Below the pieces are notes generated by a model. That model saw only the letters and a list, made by a program, of their open reading frames with translations. It was not told the DNA's origin and ran no database searches. From Eledone cirrhosa (lineage: Eukaryota), in assembly GCA_964016885.1 (NCBI GenBank), contig OZ024741.1, positions 390,972,001 through 391,036,000 of the forward strand: a DNA stretch of 64,000 bases. Direction: 5' to 3'. A program made the position numbers and the translations under genes. Numbering within the stretch: the first letter of the stretch is position 1; the number at the start of each line of letters is the position of its first letter. Below, piece by piece: positions 30,004-44,000 of this stretch.

Positions 30004-30206
30004 TATGAACTACATTTAAATTTACAAACAAAAAGAAGAATATATTCGATTAGAGTGTAATTATTTATTAAAGTGCTGAGATTAGTTATTATACTAAACC
30101 AAGTCTCGTATATCATGGCTGATCTCACTACCCTTTTGCATGATCCACAAGGAATCCTGACATTCGGAGAAGCAACAAAGAATAATCTCTTCGCCATAAT
30201 TCGCGC

Positions 30207-30249
<43 letters not shown>

Positions 30250-30919
30250 ATTGAAAACAACAGTGTTCTAATTTTATCTTATTTTTCAAGATTTGTCCAT
30301 ACTTGCAGGTTTTTCGAAACAGTAACGTTCTCAAATGCATCATTAACGTTTTCAGAAATTCATGCTTTTACCTTCTGGATGATGTGATTTTGGCATGTAT
30401 TTACTGCCACTTTATAGTAGGCAGGGTCATTGTGGAATTTGAATTTTTGACCGTTAGCTTCTAACATCATTAGTCACGTGTCCATTTTCGTTTATGACTT
30501 TCATCTGTGTATATTATTGAAGCATTGTGCTGTTATGAATATTGCTTCCATCATTAATAATTTATTTTCTGTGAGAAATTCTGTAGAGTATAAATATGTT
30601 TTCCACTAATGTTTCTTCATCCAGTTTTGTTTTGTGTTGTGTACACACACATATGCAAGCACCCCGACCCACACATTTAGTTAACATGTGGCAATAATTA
30701 AAACAACAACAATAAATATAAAGAATCACTTGAATAGTTTTCAAAATATCATTGCATCTTTCATTATACAAGTTATGAACTTGAAAAAGTCCGACCAGGC
30801 TTCTTCAGTTTCAATGGTCCATTTATCTTTCATGGTTGGCTTGATTGCAAGAATAAACTGAGGTCCAATTAACTACAAAAGAAAAAAGGTAAAAAAAAAA
30901 AAATATATATATATATACG

Positions 30920-31087
30920 TTATTCCGGGTTGAATCGGAGGTAACCACAGTAAGTAAGGTACTCAATACATTGCAGAGTATAAAAGTTTTAATATAGATG
31001 AGATTCTACAGGACTAGAACTGTTTCATTCTTTAGAAATCATGAGGAATCTGTTCTAGTCCTGTAGAATCTCATCTATATTAAAACT
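30920..31087 (-). mobile_element. Solo PLE terminal remnant with a 36-bp fold-back and degenerate hammerhead (31001-31051)
   Basis: 30985-31020 mirrors 31052-31087; minus strand agattc-CTCATGA-..-GAAACag..ctGTA-gaatct; (TA)n on both sides. Confidence 0.65.
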
Positions 31088-31096
31088 ATATATTAA

Positions 31097-31177
<81 letters not shown>

Positions 31178-31278
31178 CGTGTATATAACTTTGATAAGTT
31201 TTATAGGTTTCGGCCAGTATTGGTCAGGCCATGTCGAAATTAATAGCACTACCTGGTGAATAGTCTAACTGGTTTTTA

Positions 31279-31317
<39 letters not shown>

Positions 31318-32869
31318 ATGGAAGCGGTAAAAACCAGTTAGACCATTACTCACCAGCGTACTCGATACTTGGGGTAGTAGAGTGGGTAATATGAAAAATT
31401 GGCGACTGTTGAAACGGCAGGCGTTCAGCCGTCGGGGTCCCGAATTTTTCATATACATACATACATACATATATAAGTCAGTCAGTCAACGCGATCAGTT
31501 GCACATTTTGGTGTGGGAGACTATTCATTAAATTTAAGATGAATACTATCTCCGACAGTAATGCCACAACTACCAGTCATGTTGAATAACTGGATATTCT
31601 TCTAACTATCCCTTCTGAAGACACCTTTTATTCGAATTCGTAGAGATATCCGACTAAATACATAATTCATTTTACAAGGATTTGCTACAAACAGACTGGC
31701 TGAATACAACATCAACAACAACAACATCAGTGGAATACCGAAAAACGAGAAAGGTAAACAAAATTTATTCAGTTGTAGCTACAGAAGAAACCGAAATTAT
31801 AAATCGCATTTCTCTTGGAGTTGCGAACTTAATGATGATTTATTTAATTGTTATAAAATGGCAAAAAACAATCCCTCCATTGGCTATATGAACAGAATGA
31901 AGCTACACTGGGACGAAATACACCCAGAGTTAAATTATTTCACAGCGAAACAATTACGCCAACAAGCGACGTTTGTTGAACGTAAAAATAAGATAAATAT
32001 TATTAATTGTAAGTCCCTCACAACAAACATGGAATCAACAACACGTGCTACAGGTCGCCATGCTACTAGACTTCCTAGCAGCCAGGTCGAACAGTGCTTT
32101 GAAACAACTATGCCTGTAAGAAACTTGACACCACCTGTACCATCTAAGTATACCTCGAATGCTGGGGAAAACACAATCGATAATAATAATAATCGAATAA
32201 ATAATAATAATAATCGCAGAAATTTGACACCACGTGTACCATCCGAGTCTACCTCGACTGTTGTGGAAAATACTATCGATAATGATAATAATCAAAAGTA
32301 CAAACAATTGAAAATTTCCCTCAACGAAATCTTCCAGAGAGAAATTAACTCATGTATAAATATCTCTCTTGCTGAACGTGTTAAAATGACAATGGTGAAT
32401 AAAAAACCAAATAATGAAATAGGGGATTAATATTTACGACGGATAAAAACCCCAACATTTTGGCAAATCAACGCCTGTTTATATGCCCTAGCAAAGACAG
32501 TGAAGCATTATCTTGGTGATAGCAGAGATATTAACAAGAATAAAACACCACCAAAAATACCATCATCTCCTTATAATATATAACCAGCAATTTCTCTGTC
32601 TGTCTGTCCGACAGTGGAAACACGTGCGCGCGTGCGAATGTTTTTTGTGCACGCGTGGAGAGAATGAGAGTGAAAGAAAGAGACAGACTACGAGAGGGGG
32701 ATAGCGGGAGGGAGAGAGGGAGAAAGAGAGAGTGAATAGACGCTAAAATACGTGCGCGCGTGCGAATGTTTTTTGCGCACGCGTAAAGAGAGAGAGTGAG
32801 AGTGAAAGAAAGAGACAGACTACAAGAGGGGGATAGCGGGAGGGAGAGAGGGGGGAATTGAGGAGTGCT

Positions 32870-33018
32870 ACAGAAACATATATACATTTCTGTGTGTGTG
32901 TAATATATATATACACACACAGAAATATATATAGATACACACAGAAATATATATACATTTCTGTGTGTGTAATATATATATATATACACACAGAAATATA
33001 TATACATTTCTGTGTGTG

Positions 33019-33105
<87 letters not shown>

Positions 33106-33236
33106 GAAATATATATACATTTCTGTGTGTGTAATATATATATATATATACACACACAGAAATATATATACATTTCTGTGTGTGTAATATATATATATAT
33201 ATATATACACACACAGAAATATATATATATTTCCGC

Positions 33237-33268
<32 letters not shown>

Positions 33269-34163
33269 TACACACACAGAAATGTATATATATATACACA
33301 CAGAAATATATATACATCCCTTAGCTACTGTACTGTATCTGTTGCTATCTCTCTCTCTCTCCAGCTATCCCTCTTTTTTAGTTTGTCTGTTTCTCTCACT
33401 CTCACTCTTTCTCTTTGTAACGCACTAACATTCCTCCCCTCTATCGCTGTGACGAATGGGGAGATGGAGGAGGAGGAGGAGGAGGAGAGAGTCACTTAGT
33501 CACTTCACCTCTGCCTTTCTTTCTCTCCCCTCTCACTCCCTCATTACGTACATACATTAGGGCGGTGGATTGGCAGAATCTGTAGAGAGTCGGACACCAT
33601 GTTTCATAGCATGGAGTTACGTCACTTTACGGTCTGAGTTCAAATACCGCCGAGGTTAACTTTGCCTTTCATCCTCACGGGGTCGATAAAATAAAGTACC
33701 AGTAATGTACTAGGTAATTGCTGGCCTTGTGCCAAAAGTAGAAACAATTATTAGAAACATTGCTTCATTTTTACATATCTAAGCATTAGTAAAATAACTA
33801 ATAATTTCAAAAGTAATTTTTCAATTCCAATTGTTATGAACAGCAAAACATTAATAATAAATTTGTTCTAAGAAATATATATACATTTCTGTGTGTGTAA
33901 TATATACATATATACACACACAGAAATATATATATATACACACAGAAATATATATACATTTCTGTGTGTGTAATATATATATATATATACACACAGAAAT
34001 ATATATACATTTCTGTGTGTGTAATATATATATATACACACAGAAATATATATACATTTCTGTGTGTGTAATATATATATATATATACACATAGAAATAT
34101 ATATACATTTCTGTGTGTGTAATATATATATACATATATATATATAGACACACAGAAATATAT
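32870..34163. repeat. Two arrays (~32870-33315, ~33872-34163) of a self-complementary minisatellite
   Basis: Unit cacacagaaat-atatatac-atttctgtgtg plus a variable (TA)n spacer. Confidence 0.9.
33560..33752 (+). mobile_element. tRNA-derived SINE, full copy
   Basis: tggcagaatc box A, gagttcaaatacc box B; same core as the 5656-6250 copies. Confidence 0.88.
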
Positions 34164-35171
34164 GGGCATTTCTCTGTTTGTCTGTCTGTCTGTCTGTCCT
34201 TCCCTAAAGCTCAAATGTAGGTGCTACAGAAATATTACCTTCCCCTTCCTTTCTCCACTTTGGTACTACCAAGAGAAACACTGTCGCTATAGAAACATTA
34301 CCTTCCCCTCTCCACTGACTTTGGTCACTGAGGCCGAGGGAATCGCTGGTTGCTATAGAGACACCTTGCTCAAGCCAGAAGTAACCAGTTCGAGGCGGTT
34401 CTGACTTGACACCATGCCAAGGACCATTTGAAGATATATTTCCATCGTTATATCATAACGTTTATGTATCATAACGTTTATATTTCCGTCACTAATCTCT
34501 TTTTCTCCTTTTTCGTTTTTAACATATATTTATTTCAAAGATTTCACCGTATAGATAACATATATATTTATACATGCATAAAAGACACACCGAGAGACGG
34601 TGAACATGTGGTACCGAAAACATTTCTCATCCAAATCTCAACAATATCAGTATATACACTAGATTTGCTAGCAGAAAACCGCCCACTGGGTGGTTTTCTG
34701 CTAGTCTATATATCTAAAACAGAGAATGTCTGTCTGTCTGTGTGTCAGATCACTAAAACTCGAGAAGCACCCAATCGATTGTTTTCAAACTTTACACATG
34801 TAATACTTATGGTCCTGTGAGTGTTTGGAGAAAATAAAATTTCAAATTTTCAATGCCTCAGGGACCGCATTAGGCGATTTAGCGATCTCTCTCTATAATT
34901 CTTAGTCTTTCTCTTTTTAGATAGATACATAGATATAACGTTGCGCCCTTATAATATCTGTCTGTATGTCTGGCTGTCTGCATTACGACATTATGACGCG
35001 GTGTGTGTGTGTGTGTGTATATGTATATATATATATATATATATATAGTGTGTGTGTGTATATATATATATACAAAAATATGCAAAAGTTCTATTTAAAT
35101 TGTTGGGATACAACAAGCAAATATTTTTATAACTGATATAAAGCACTCGACAAGTATTTGGAGTAAATATA

Positions 35172-35590
35172 CGATATTAACAAATGGAAAGTATATTTAT
35201 AAAACCATATCTATTTTATTATACATATTTCAAGGATATCATGTTAAATTATGGTATGCTTTCATCAGACAAAATACAATATATACCAGTTTTATAAATA
35301 AATATTGACATACCCTTTCAAAATGCTACCGTTACTTTTGGAAGACATCAGGATAGTGGTTTTGTTTACTTATTAGTAACGACTTACTAATAAGTAAAAA
35401 AATCCACTATCCTGATGCCTTCCAAAAGTAACGGTAGCATTTTGAAAGGGTATGTCAATATTTATTTATAAAACTGGTATATATTGTATTTTGTCTGATG
35501 AAAGCATACCATAACTTAACATGGTATCCTTGAAATATGTATAATAAAATAGATATGGTTTTATAAATATACTTTCCATTTGTTAATATC

Positions 35591-35591
<1 letters not shown>
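35172..35591. repeat. 420-bp near-perfect palindrome (208-bp arms, 4-nt loop), each arm carrying a hammerhead
   Basis: About 5 mismatches between arms; TA on both flanks. Confidence 0.92.
35487..35551 (+). ncRNA. Type I hammerhead (mirror copy ~35212-35276, minus)
   Basis: tattttgt-CTGATGA-aagcataccat..atggtatcctt-GAAAt-atgt-ATA-ataaaata. Confidence 0.75.
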
Positions 35592-35648
<57 letters not shown>

Positions 35649-35869
35649 GTTTGTATATGTATAATAAAGCCAAAACAATGCAGGTATGGACATAGAATAA
35701 AGAATGCAAATGCAAAAGATATTGTTGACAATTAGTCTTTTACCTTAGATTTATTTAAAAGTCCTTAATTTTCAAGATAATATCTCTTCTTCGGAAGGAA
35801 GTAAAGCGGTTAAACCAGTATTCTAAATAGCTTGCCAATATATATATATATACGATATATATATATATA

Positions 35870-35962
<93 letters not shown>

Positions 35963-38900
35963 GTAACGTTTTTCGAAATATTTACTTCTGCGTTCACAGA
36001 TTGATTTTTTAAATTTTACTTTCAGAAGATCCCGTTAAGGGTGAAAGCAGCGATTCTTTGCTTAAACTTTAATCTGTTATTTTAATATATATATATATAT
36101 ATGACGAATTTTTTTATAAGCACAAAATGTAGACACCATCCCGAGGCCGAGGTATTGCGTACTTCTCTGTACTGTTTCAGAAAGGAGGGATAAACATGCC
36201 AATCTATGTTTAGAATCCCGAGCAACGCCGTGCCATTCTGCTAGTATATAACTAAAATAGAAAAAAGATTACTGACCTACGAAAAACCATAGGATATGTG
36301 ACAATGCTCCTTACATGAAAACAAACACAAAAAAACTTCACTCCTCACCAACAAAGAGTGAAAAATAACATAGGAGACGATGTTTGGTAACAGTAGAACC
36401 AGAACTCTTCAATATAAGCTGATCACCCTCAAACAAGAATTGAGAACTGTTAGTGAAAAACGCCGATACCCGAAAGAAGGTAGATGAAAGAAAAGTGCTT
36501 AATAAAAGATTCAGACGAAACCAAACATCAATCTATAGAGATATGAAGGGCAAAATAATAAGTGTCACCGAGGCCCCATCCCAGAAAGACATAGATTCCT
36601 TTTGGAGAAAAATATGGGATGAACAGAAGAATTTCAACCAAGATGCAGTGTGGCTAAAAGAAATCCAAAATAACTATTGCTCCTACACTACAACAAAAAC
36701 ATACGAAATAAGTGAGGGTACCCTTGAGACTGTGATAGGAAAACTCCAAGATAAGAAAACACCAGGAAGAGACATGATTGTCGGCTACTGGTACAAAAAA
36801 CTGATATTCTATCGGAGGTATCTTACTGACCTCTACCAACAAGTTCTTAAGGGAGATACACTTATACCAGAATGGTTGACATTAGCACAAACATTACTGG
36901 TCCCCAAGAACAAAGACACCCACTTGGCAAAAAACTACCGACCCATTGCACGCCAGAACCTGATGTATAAGATGTATATAGCCTGCCTGAACCTATTTCT
37001 CCAAGATCACTGTGAAAATAATAACATCATCACAGATGAACAAGCACCTGGAAAGAAAGGGGTTTGGGGATGTGCTGAACAACAAAACTGCGATGTCGGA
37101 GGTGCGACAACTTAGGAGGAATATGGCTAGTCTGACTGGACTACAGGAAAGATTTCGATTCTGTTCTCCACTCTTGGATGATAGAGGCCCTCCGACTTGC
37201 TAAAATCCCAGAAATTATTATCAGACCCATAGAGAAGATGTTTTCTTCTTGGGCTACTATCCTAAAATTAAAGACAGAGAAGGAGGACTCTATTTTCACT
37301 GATAAAATAAAATATCGCAGGGGTATATTTCAGGGAAACAGTCTCTCTGTGATATTATTCATCCGGTCATTAAACCCCTTGTCTTTTCTGCTCAAGAAAT
37401 GTGAAGGATACATCATTGGCTCACAGGAGGACAGAAATACGAACCTAACACATAATTTCTTTGTGGATGATCTGAAGCTCTATGCCCAGAACATGGATGG
37501 GTTGAAGAAAAATCTTGACCTGATTACAACATTCTCAAAGGATATAGAAATGGAGTTTGGTCAAGATAAATGCTTATATATGACTGTAAAGCGGGGAAAA
37601 ACAACAACCCAATCTAGCAACATTGTCATCAATGGCCTAACTGTTTCACCGATATCTGATGAGGACTGCTACAGATACCTGGGGATAGATGAGAACATAT
37701 CCTATATTGGTATCTGTAATAAGGAACGCGTAACCAGGGAATACTACACCCGATTAAGAAAGATATGGTCATCGGAACTCTCTGCGCAAAAAAAAAACAG
37801 TGGCTCACAATGTGTTTGCTGCGCCTGTCCTAACACCAACGTTTGGAATACTCAATTGGACGATAGACGAAATCCGAGCGATTGATGTTAGAACTTGAAA
37901 AATACTAAACAATACCGGAAACTTCCACATCAACAATGACATAGACCGCCTTTACTTGAAACGTAAGCAGGGAGGCAGAGGCCTAACATCAGTCCAGACA
38001 GCATTTGAATGTCGCATCATATCCTTCCGACAACAACTATGAACCTCAAAGCGTAGGAGCCCGTCTCTCGAGCAAGTCTATCTGCATGAAACAGATAAGA
38101 TCATGAGAGTTGGGAAGGAACTCCTCGAGAGATATTCCCTGTGTAATAATAAAAAACTCACACCCAGAGATGTTGCTCAGCAGTATAGCTGTGAATCCAT
38201 GGATGAAAACTGCATGCTTATCATAAAAAATCATGCATGGATATGTTGCCAGGAAGCTCCAGAGTGAGAGTAATATAGATAAAGAAAGTAGTCTATCTTG
38301 GACCAACAACCGCTATATTGGCTCCCACTTTGAAGGATACGCTTTTGCAGTCCAAGAACAGGAAATCAACACGAAATACCTGATTCACAAAAGAGATAGG
38401 GATGCAGGTAAAACACCTAGACGTGACAAGTGCAGACTCTGCAGAATTAACATCGAAGATGTCACCCATGTCATAAGCAGCTGTCCAAAGATGTCATCGC
38501 GGTACTATCTACATATGAGGCATGATGTAGTGGCTAAAACACTGTACAATGCAATCCGTAGAAAAGATAGCCCCGATAACAAACATTAAAAGCAATGTGG
38601 AAGACATACATATACATAATATGAAAGAGTACTTTGTGGAATGTTCCAGTAAAAACCCCAATAAAATGCAGGCTTAACAGACCAGATATTATGATATGGA
38701 ACAGGGAAAAGAAGGCACGCACAGTAGTGGAAGTTAGCTGCCCAGCAGATGCCAATATAATATCAAAGATTAGTAAAAAGGAGAATATTTATGCAGAACT
38801 AATGAGAAATCTGCAGATACTCCACCCTGATTATACCTTCAGATTTATGCCTGTGATTATTGGGGCACTGGGATATGTTAGTAACTGCCTCAATACAAAT

Positions 38901-39262
38901 CTTGAGAAGCTAGGCTTCACAGGAACAGAAAGAACAAAACTAGTTAGGAAATTACAAGTACAATCTATTAATGGAACAGTAAAATTATGTAAAACATTCC
39001 AAAGATTCTGCATCTAATAACTGCATATGCACATATACAGATACAAAGCATATACACATGCACACATACAACTCAAAACATACACATCCACACATACAAT
39101 AACATCCATATCTACACATGCATGCATGCAGACATGCATACATATCTACCTAGTTGATGTTGTGTAAATTCCAATGAGAGAGTCTTGTAACTATGTTAGA
39201 AACCGACTCTCTCTCTATTGGCAAAAATTTGTGAAATTATAAAACCAGAAGAACATACATAC

Positions 39263-39540
39263 ATGGTGGCTGCCAACTCGTTTTCGAGTACGGCCACTAC
39301 CTTATATCCATGTAGGAGAACCTCTACCGATGCGCTGAACGAGTGTGACTTTTTAGTCCAGCCAGCGACTTGAAAACTCTGGTACAAACACTACACTTGT
39401 GACAATTATTGACACATAGTGCTGGGCCCATGGTACCATGTGACGACAAGTGCAGAGATATCTCCAGATATAAAGCAATGCCTGTGCCGTGAAGCTTATG
39501 GTGAGCAAAGGCACTGCACAAAGCCAGTCCCACTCTATTA
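39263..39540 (-). mobile_element. 3' fragment of an RTE-like LINE with (ATGT)n tail
   Basis: Terminal finger CSVCTRVFKSLAGLKSH, stop, short UTR, then tail. Confidence 0.6.
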
Positions 39541-40099
39541 ATCATACATACATATATACATACATACATAATGGCTGCAACTTGATTTCGAGTAATGCCA
39601 TCGCTTGATACTTAAGCATAAGCATCACGGATTTGGTGTTTTAGGGACTTGCATATGATTACCAACACCATGCATTACAAAAAATGTCACACATGATGCG
39701 ATGCTTGTGCTTGAAGCTTTTTAAATGCATTTACCCAAAAAGAAGAACTGATTTACATCATGGTATGCAAATGAAGTCGTAGGTTTTATATCAGAGTGAC
39801 CTTCTTCTAGAGAGATGTTTTAATGAAGACTAGGGGTCTCTCGCTCCACAAGAAACAACAACAGAAAAAAAGCTTTATTAGATGGCCGTTGATTTCTCCT
39901 GAGTTTCTTCGCCCTTCGGTGGGTTTTGCTTTTTAATCCCGCAGGGTCTCCAAAATCACCCTCCTCAACAAACAAACTTGGTGGGGTTGCCGGTTTAGTC
40001 GCCGATTACTCGACCATTCACAGGTTGTACTGGGTTACATGTTACCAGTAGCGCTGAAGAGCGACCTGACATACATACATACATACATATATACATACA

Positions 40100-40761
40100 A
40101 AAGAGGAGGGCCATCAGTCGACAATAAATGTAGGCTATGTAAAACAAAGATCGAAGATGTAAACCATATGTTGCCAACTGCGAGAGAATATCGTCTCGCT
40201 ACTACCGCCCTATGAGACACGGTGTGATAGATAGAACGATCTGGAACGCACTTAGGAAAACAAAATTAAAAACAAACGCGGAGGAATATGTTGAGATAGA
40301 TGGCACTAAAGTATTCTTTAAAGTATTCTTCAGTGGAACCTGAAAATAAAAACTGCAACCAAATTAAAGCACAACGCCTGATATTGTTGTTTGGGACCAC
40401 ACATTGAAAACGTGTTCTGTTGTAGAGATCAGCTGCCCACTTGATGTAAACGAAGGACATCTACGGACCATTGATGAGGTGTTTGCAGATCCAGTATCCA
40501 AGATACACCTTCAGCTTTATACCCATCATTATTGGAGCTACGGGTTATATACCAATCCGCTTGGACCAAAGTATAACTGAACTTGGATTGGTGGATAAAG
40601 AGCGCAGCTCCCTAATTCATAGACTACAGATGGCTGCGATAGCTGGCACCTTCAAAATTTGCAAAACATTCTTGCGATTCAAGGGATGACAATTTCTTTT
40701 CTTTTACAACCTTGCCACCAGGAAGGTGACTGGTCAAAAACGTACTCGAAATGAAGAAAAA
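40100..40761 (+). mobile_element. 3' fragment of an R4/Dong family ending in (CATA)n
   Basis: CRLCKTK, RH, IPIIIGATG, KICKTFL; same family as 59017-59889. Confidence 0.85.
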
Positions 40762-40989
40762 CATACATACATATGATGATGATGATGAATGCCCCCTCGT
40801 TATCGAGTATGGCCATTGCACGATATACCATTATTAATAATAATTAATTGATTCTATCGTGCAATGCCTGTGCGTGAAGATATTTTTTAAAATGACGAAA
40901 GACTGTGCACTGAGCCAATCCCACTCTCTGAGCGACAGTAGCTATAACCCGAAAAGAAGAAAAGATCAACATCATCGGTAACTACTGAG

Positions 40990-41335
40990 CCGTAGGTTTT
41001 ATATCGGAGTTATCCCAGTTTCCTAAGTTGCCTTCTCCTAGAAGAATGCCCTGAGAAAGGCTAGGGGTCCTTCACTCCCAGTGGTTTAACCGCGCAATCG
41101 GGTGTCCAGCCCGACTATTTCTATACATACACATGCACCCATGCATATAAACATATACACACACATGTACATGTGTATATACATATTTACACACTTTTGG
41201 ATGGCCGTTGACCCTTATGAGTTCTTCCGCCCTTTGTCAGGTTTTGTTTTTTGTCCTTTGGGGTGTCCAAAATCACCCTCCTCACCAAGTAAACTTGGTG
41301 GGGTTGTCGGTTTAGTCGCCGACGATCCGACCATG
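40990..41335 (-). mobile_element. Interspersed repeat, possibly an RTE-like 5' region; related copy at ~39780-40020
   Basis: Shared ccaaaatcaccctcctca..aaacttggtggggttg.cggtttagtcgccga; adjoins (CATA)n. Family assignment is inference. Confidence 0.5.
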
Positions 41336-41412
41336 CATACATACAAACATACATACACACATACATAATACATACATACATACATACATACATACATACA
41401 TACATACATACA

Positions 41413-41444
<32 letters not shown>

Positions 41445-42607
41445 AAGACATGTTTGGTGCTGAATATATACATATCTACGCATGTAATTGTGCTAAGCCA
41501 TCATCTCTGTATACACCAATATTAAAATCTAGAAACGTTTTAATTTGTCCAGATCACCTACGTCAATGTCAAATAGGGCTGGGGCTGCTGACCTTTGTTC
41601 CTCAAACCCTACCGTTACTCAAGTGTAAGGGTTTCGTGATCGTTAAATTATTTCTAAATTAATATCATATATGTCCACATATTGTCTGGAAAAATCAATA
41701 TCTTCATCTATTATGGATCTAAGTACAGAGGTATAAAATCCTCAACAACTGGGTGAATTTGATTCTATTCTAATTTTTAAAGTTCATAAACCAGTAATAT
41801 TAAAATTTTCAAAGTATAGTCTTGCTAACTTAATAGATTTGTGTTTTAGCTGCGATAATATGTCTATAGATATGGTTTTTAACCAACTGCTTTGGCTATT
41901 GTTGGATTTTGTAATGCTAAATAAATGAATAAATAAATAAATAGATAAGTAAAACCAGGAGGTGTTCCAGTGAAAACAACTTAGAGATCTGGATGTATAT
42001 ATGCGTGCATGTGAACTTGAATAACTTTAAAGTGACAGTAAAAAACATTACACAGCGTTATCTTAAGTTTAAAGGGTTACTATATGCGATAGCTTCAACA
42101 TGATCACTTTGAAAAGAATGAATGTTTGCGATACAATATGTTTATACATTACTGGTCCTGAATTCTATCAAGTGGCCAAAGTTTCTAATTCTGTGGAAGA
42201 CAGAAGAAAGTAGGGGGTTTAAACATTGTGAGTGTAAGTTACGGAGGAATGTGTATTTGCGTGATACAATTGCTCCAGCTTGGTTCCATGCGTTGTCGCT
42301 AGTGGAATGTGACAGTGGCGTTCTGGTCCACAACCAATCCTTTAAAATTTTCTTTTAAAGATCTGTTATTCCTCTGCCTGGATTGTAAATGGTAAAATCC
42401 GTTCGAATGTCCCTGTGAGTTAAGTGATCCAAAGAAATTGTAAAATGCACAATTCTATGAAAAAATACTTTCAAGATGCCCCAGACAAAGCACACGCCCA
42501 CGCGAAAAAAGGGAAAAATGAAAATTTTTACCTCGTTTGGTGTTGAATTGCTAGGTCCAAGAAATGTGCACACACTCACATACACATATATATACATATA
42601 CACTTAT

Positions 42608-42641
<34 letters not shown>

Positions 42642-42727
42642 TTATATATATATTTATATATACATGCATATGCATTAATGAATGTGTATTTTACTTGAAA
42701 CACAAAGAGACATCTGTAAATGATAAT

Positions 42728-42912
42728 AACTATTTCTACTTTAGGCACAAGGCCAGCAATTATCCAGTGCATTACTGGTACTTTATTTTATCGACCCCGT
42801 AAGAATGAAAGGCAAAGTCAACCTCGGCGGGATTTGAACTCAGATCGTAAAGAGACGTAACTATGCTGGAAAGCATGGCGTCCGCCCCTCTACCGATACT
42901 GCCAATCCACCG
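42728..42912 (-). mobile_element. tRNA-derived SINE, full copy
   Basis: Matches the copies at 6068-6250 and 33560-33752. Confidence 0.88.
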
Positions 42913-43202
42913 ATAATAACGATATTTAGACATAAATGTAGATATCTCAATTGGTCTCATCATTCCTTTTTTTCCTTACGTGATTGTGTATGCTGCTGCT
43001 TTATCACCAGACTTTATCTCGCTGTTTTTCTGTTTTACAGAAAGAGCGTCTAGTCTTCAAAATGTTCACAGCGAGGTGTATAATAATAAAATAACTAGTT
43101 ATATCTTTTTTTTAATTTATTATAAATTTTTACGTACATATCGCGTTGTATAGAAATATATATTAACAAATAATATACATACATACACTCATACATACAT
43201 TC

Positions 43203-43277
<75 letters not shown>

Positions 43278-43689
43278 TATGTATACGTACATACATATAT
43301 GTATACAGACGTACAGTAGTATGTATATATATACATACATGCACACACATATATATATATATGTATGTATGGGTTTATCGAACATTTATTATAATGCTCG
43401 GTTTGTTTGTAAACAAACAGCCCGAATTATTAACCGTACAGTGTTCGGCAACCATCGCTGCCATTTTGTTCAACACTGACAAAGGAACGATGAACTAGTT
43501 TCTAGCTTATTAGCTGTCATCAGCTCCGTATACCTTCCTGTCAGTCAATTGAACGTTTGAAATATATATATGTGTGCATGTATGTATGTATATACATACT
43601 ACTGTACGTCTGTATACATATATGTATGTATGTATACATACTTATATTTAAGTATCAGCCGTACTCTAAGAGTGAGAAATGAAATTTCA

Positions 43690-43785
<96 letters not shown>

Positions 43786-43889
43786 GTGTGTGCATACGTA
43801 CATGTATACATACATATATTTCTTTAGGCCCTCTTCGGTGAGGAATGACTAAGCCAGGGCAAGTTGTGTTTGTGGATGTCTCCCCTCTC

Positions 43890-44000
43890 CATTGATGTGC
43901 AACGTGAAATAAAGTGTCTTTCTTAAGGATACAACGCATCACCCAGTCCGAGAATAGAAATTACAACCTCTCAATTGCAAGCTCAATGCTCTAACCACGA
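43890..44000 (-). mobile_element. Degraded CORE-type SINE; related remnant near 61600-61790
   Basis: Minus strand gtggttagagc head, then gcgttgtatccttaagaaagacacttta, CORE-like. Confidence 0.55.

Larger units (their letters stand above)
32566..34704 (+). mobile_element. Non-autonomous Helitron A
   Basis: Starts A|TC with (TCTG)n; ends in hairpin gcagaaaacc..ggttttctg CTAG; removing it together with Helitron B restores the R4 reading frame. Confidence 0.75.
34705..36244 (+). mobile_element. Non-autonomous Helitron B
   Basis: 5' TCTATATATCTAAAAC with (GTCT)n; 3' cccgagcaacgccg..CTAG|T; second copy at 63136-63925. Confidence 0.85.
31475..39255 (+). mobile_element. Near full-length R4/Dong LINE split by two Helitrons (32566-36244)
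   Basis: N-terminal GYMNRMKLHW..P..TAKQLRQQ; RT KTPGRD, NYRPI, GIFQGNSLS, FVDDLKLY; CRLC..HVISSC, RHD; REL nuclease RPD..VEVSCP..K; (CATA)n at both ends. Confidence 0.9.

Noticed and set aside
33560-33650. tRNA gene
   Set aside because: A/B boxes are present but no cloverleaf is evident; it is the head of a multi-copy SINE.
35172-35591. Tc1/mariner MITE suggested by TA flanks
   Set aside because: The arms contain a PLE-type hammerhead, so a fold-back PLE end is more parsimonious; not fully excluded.
39324-39420. Host C2H2 zinc-finger gene
   Set aside because: A single finger followed by a short UTR and microsatellite tail, typical of an RTE-like LINE end.
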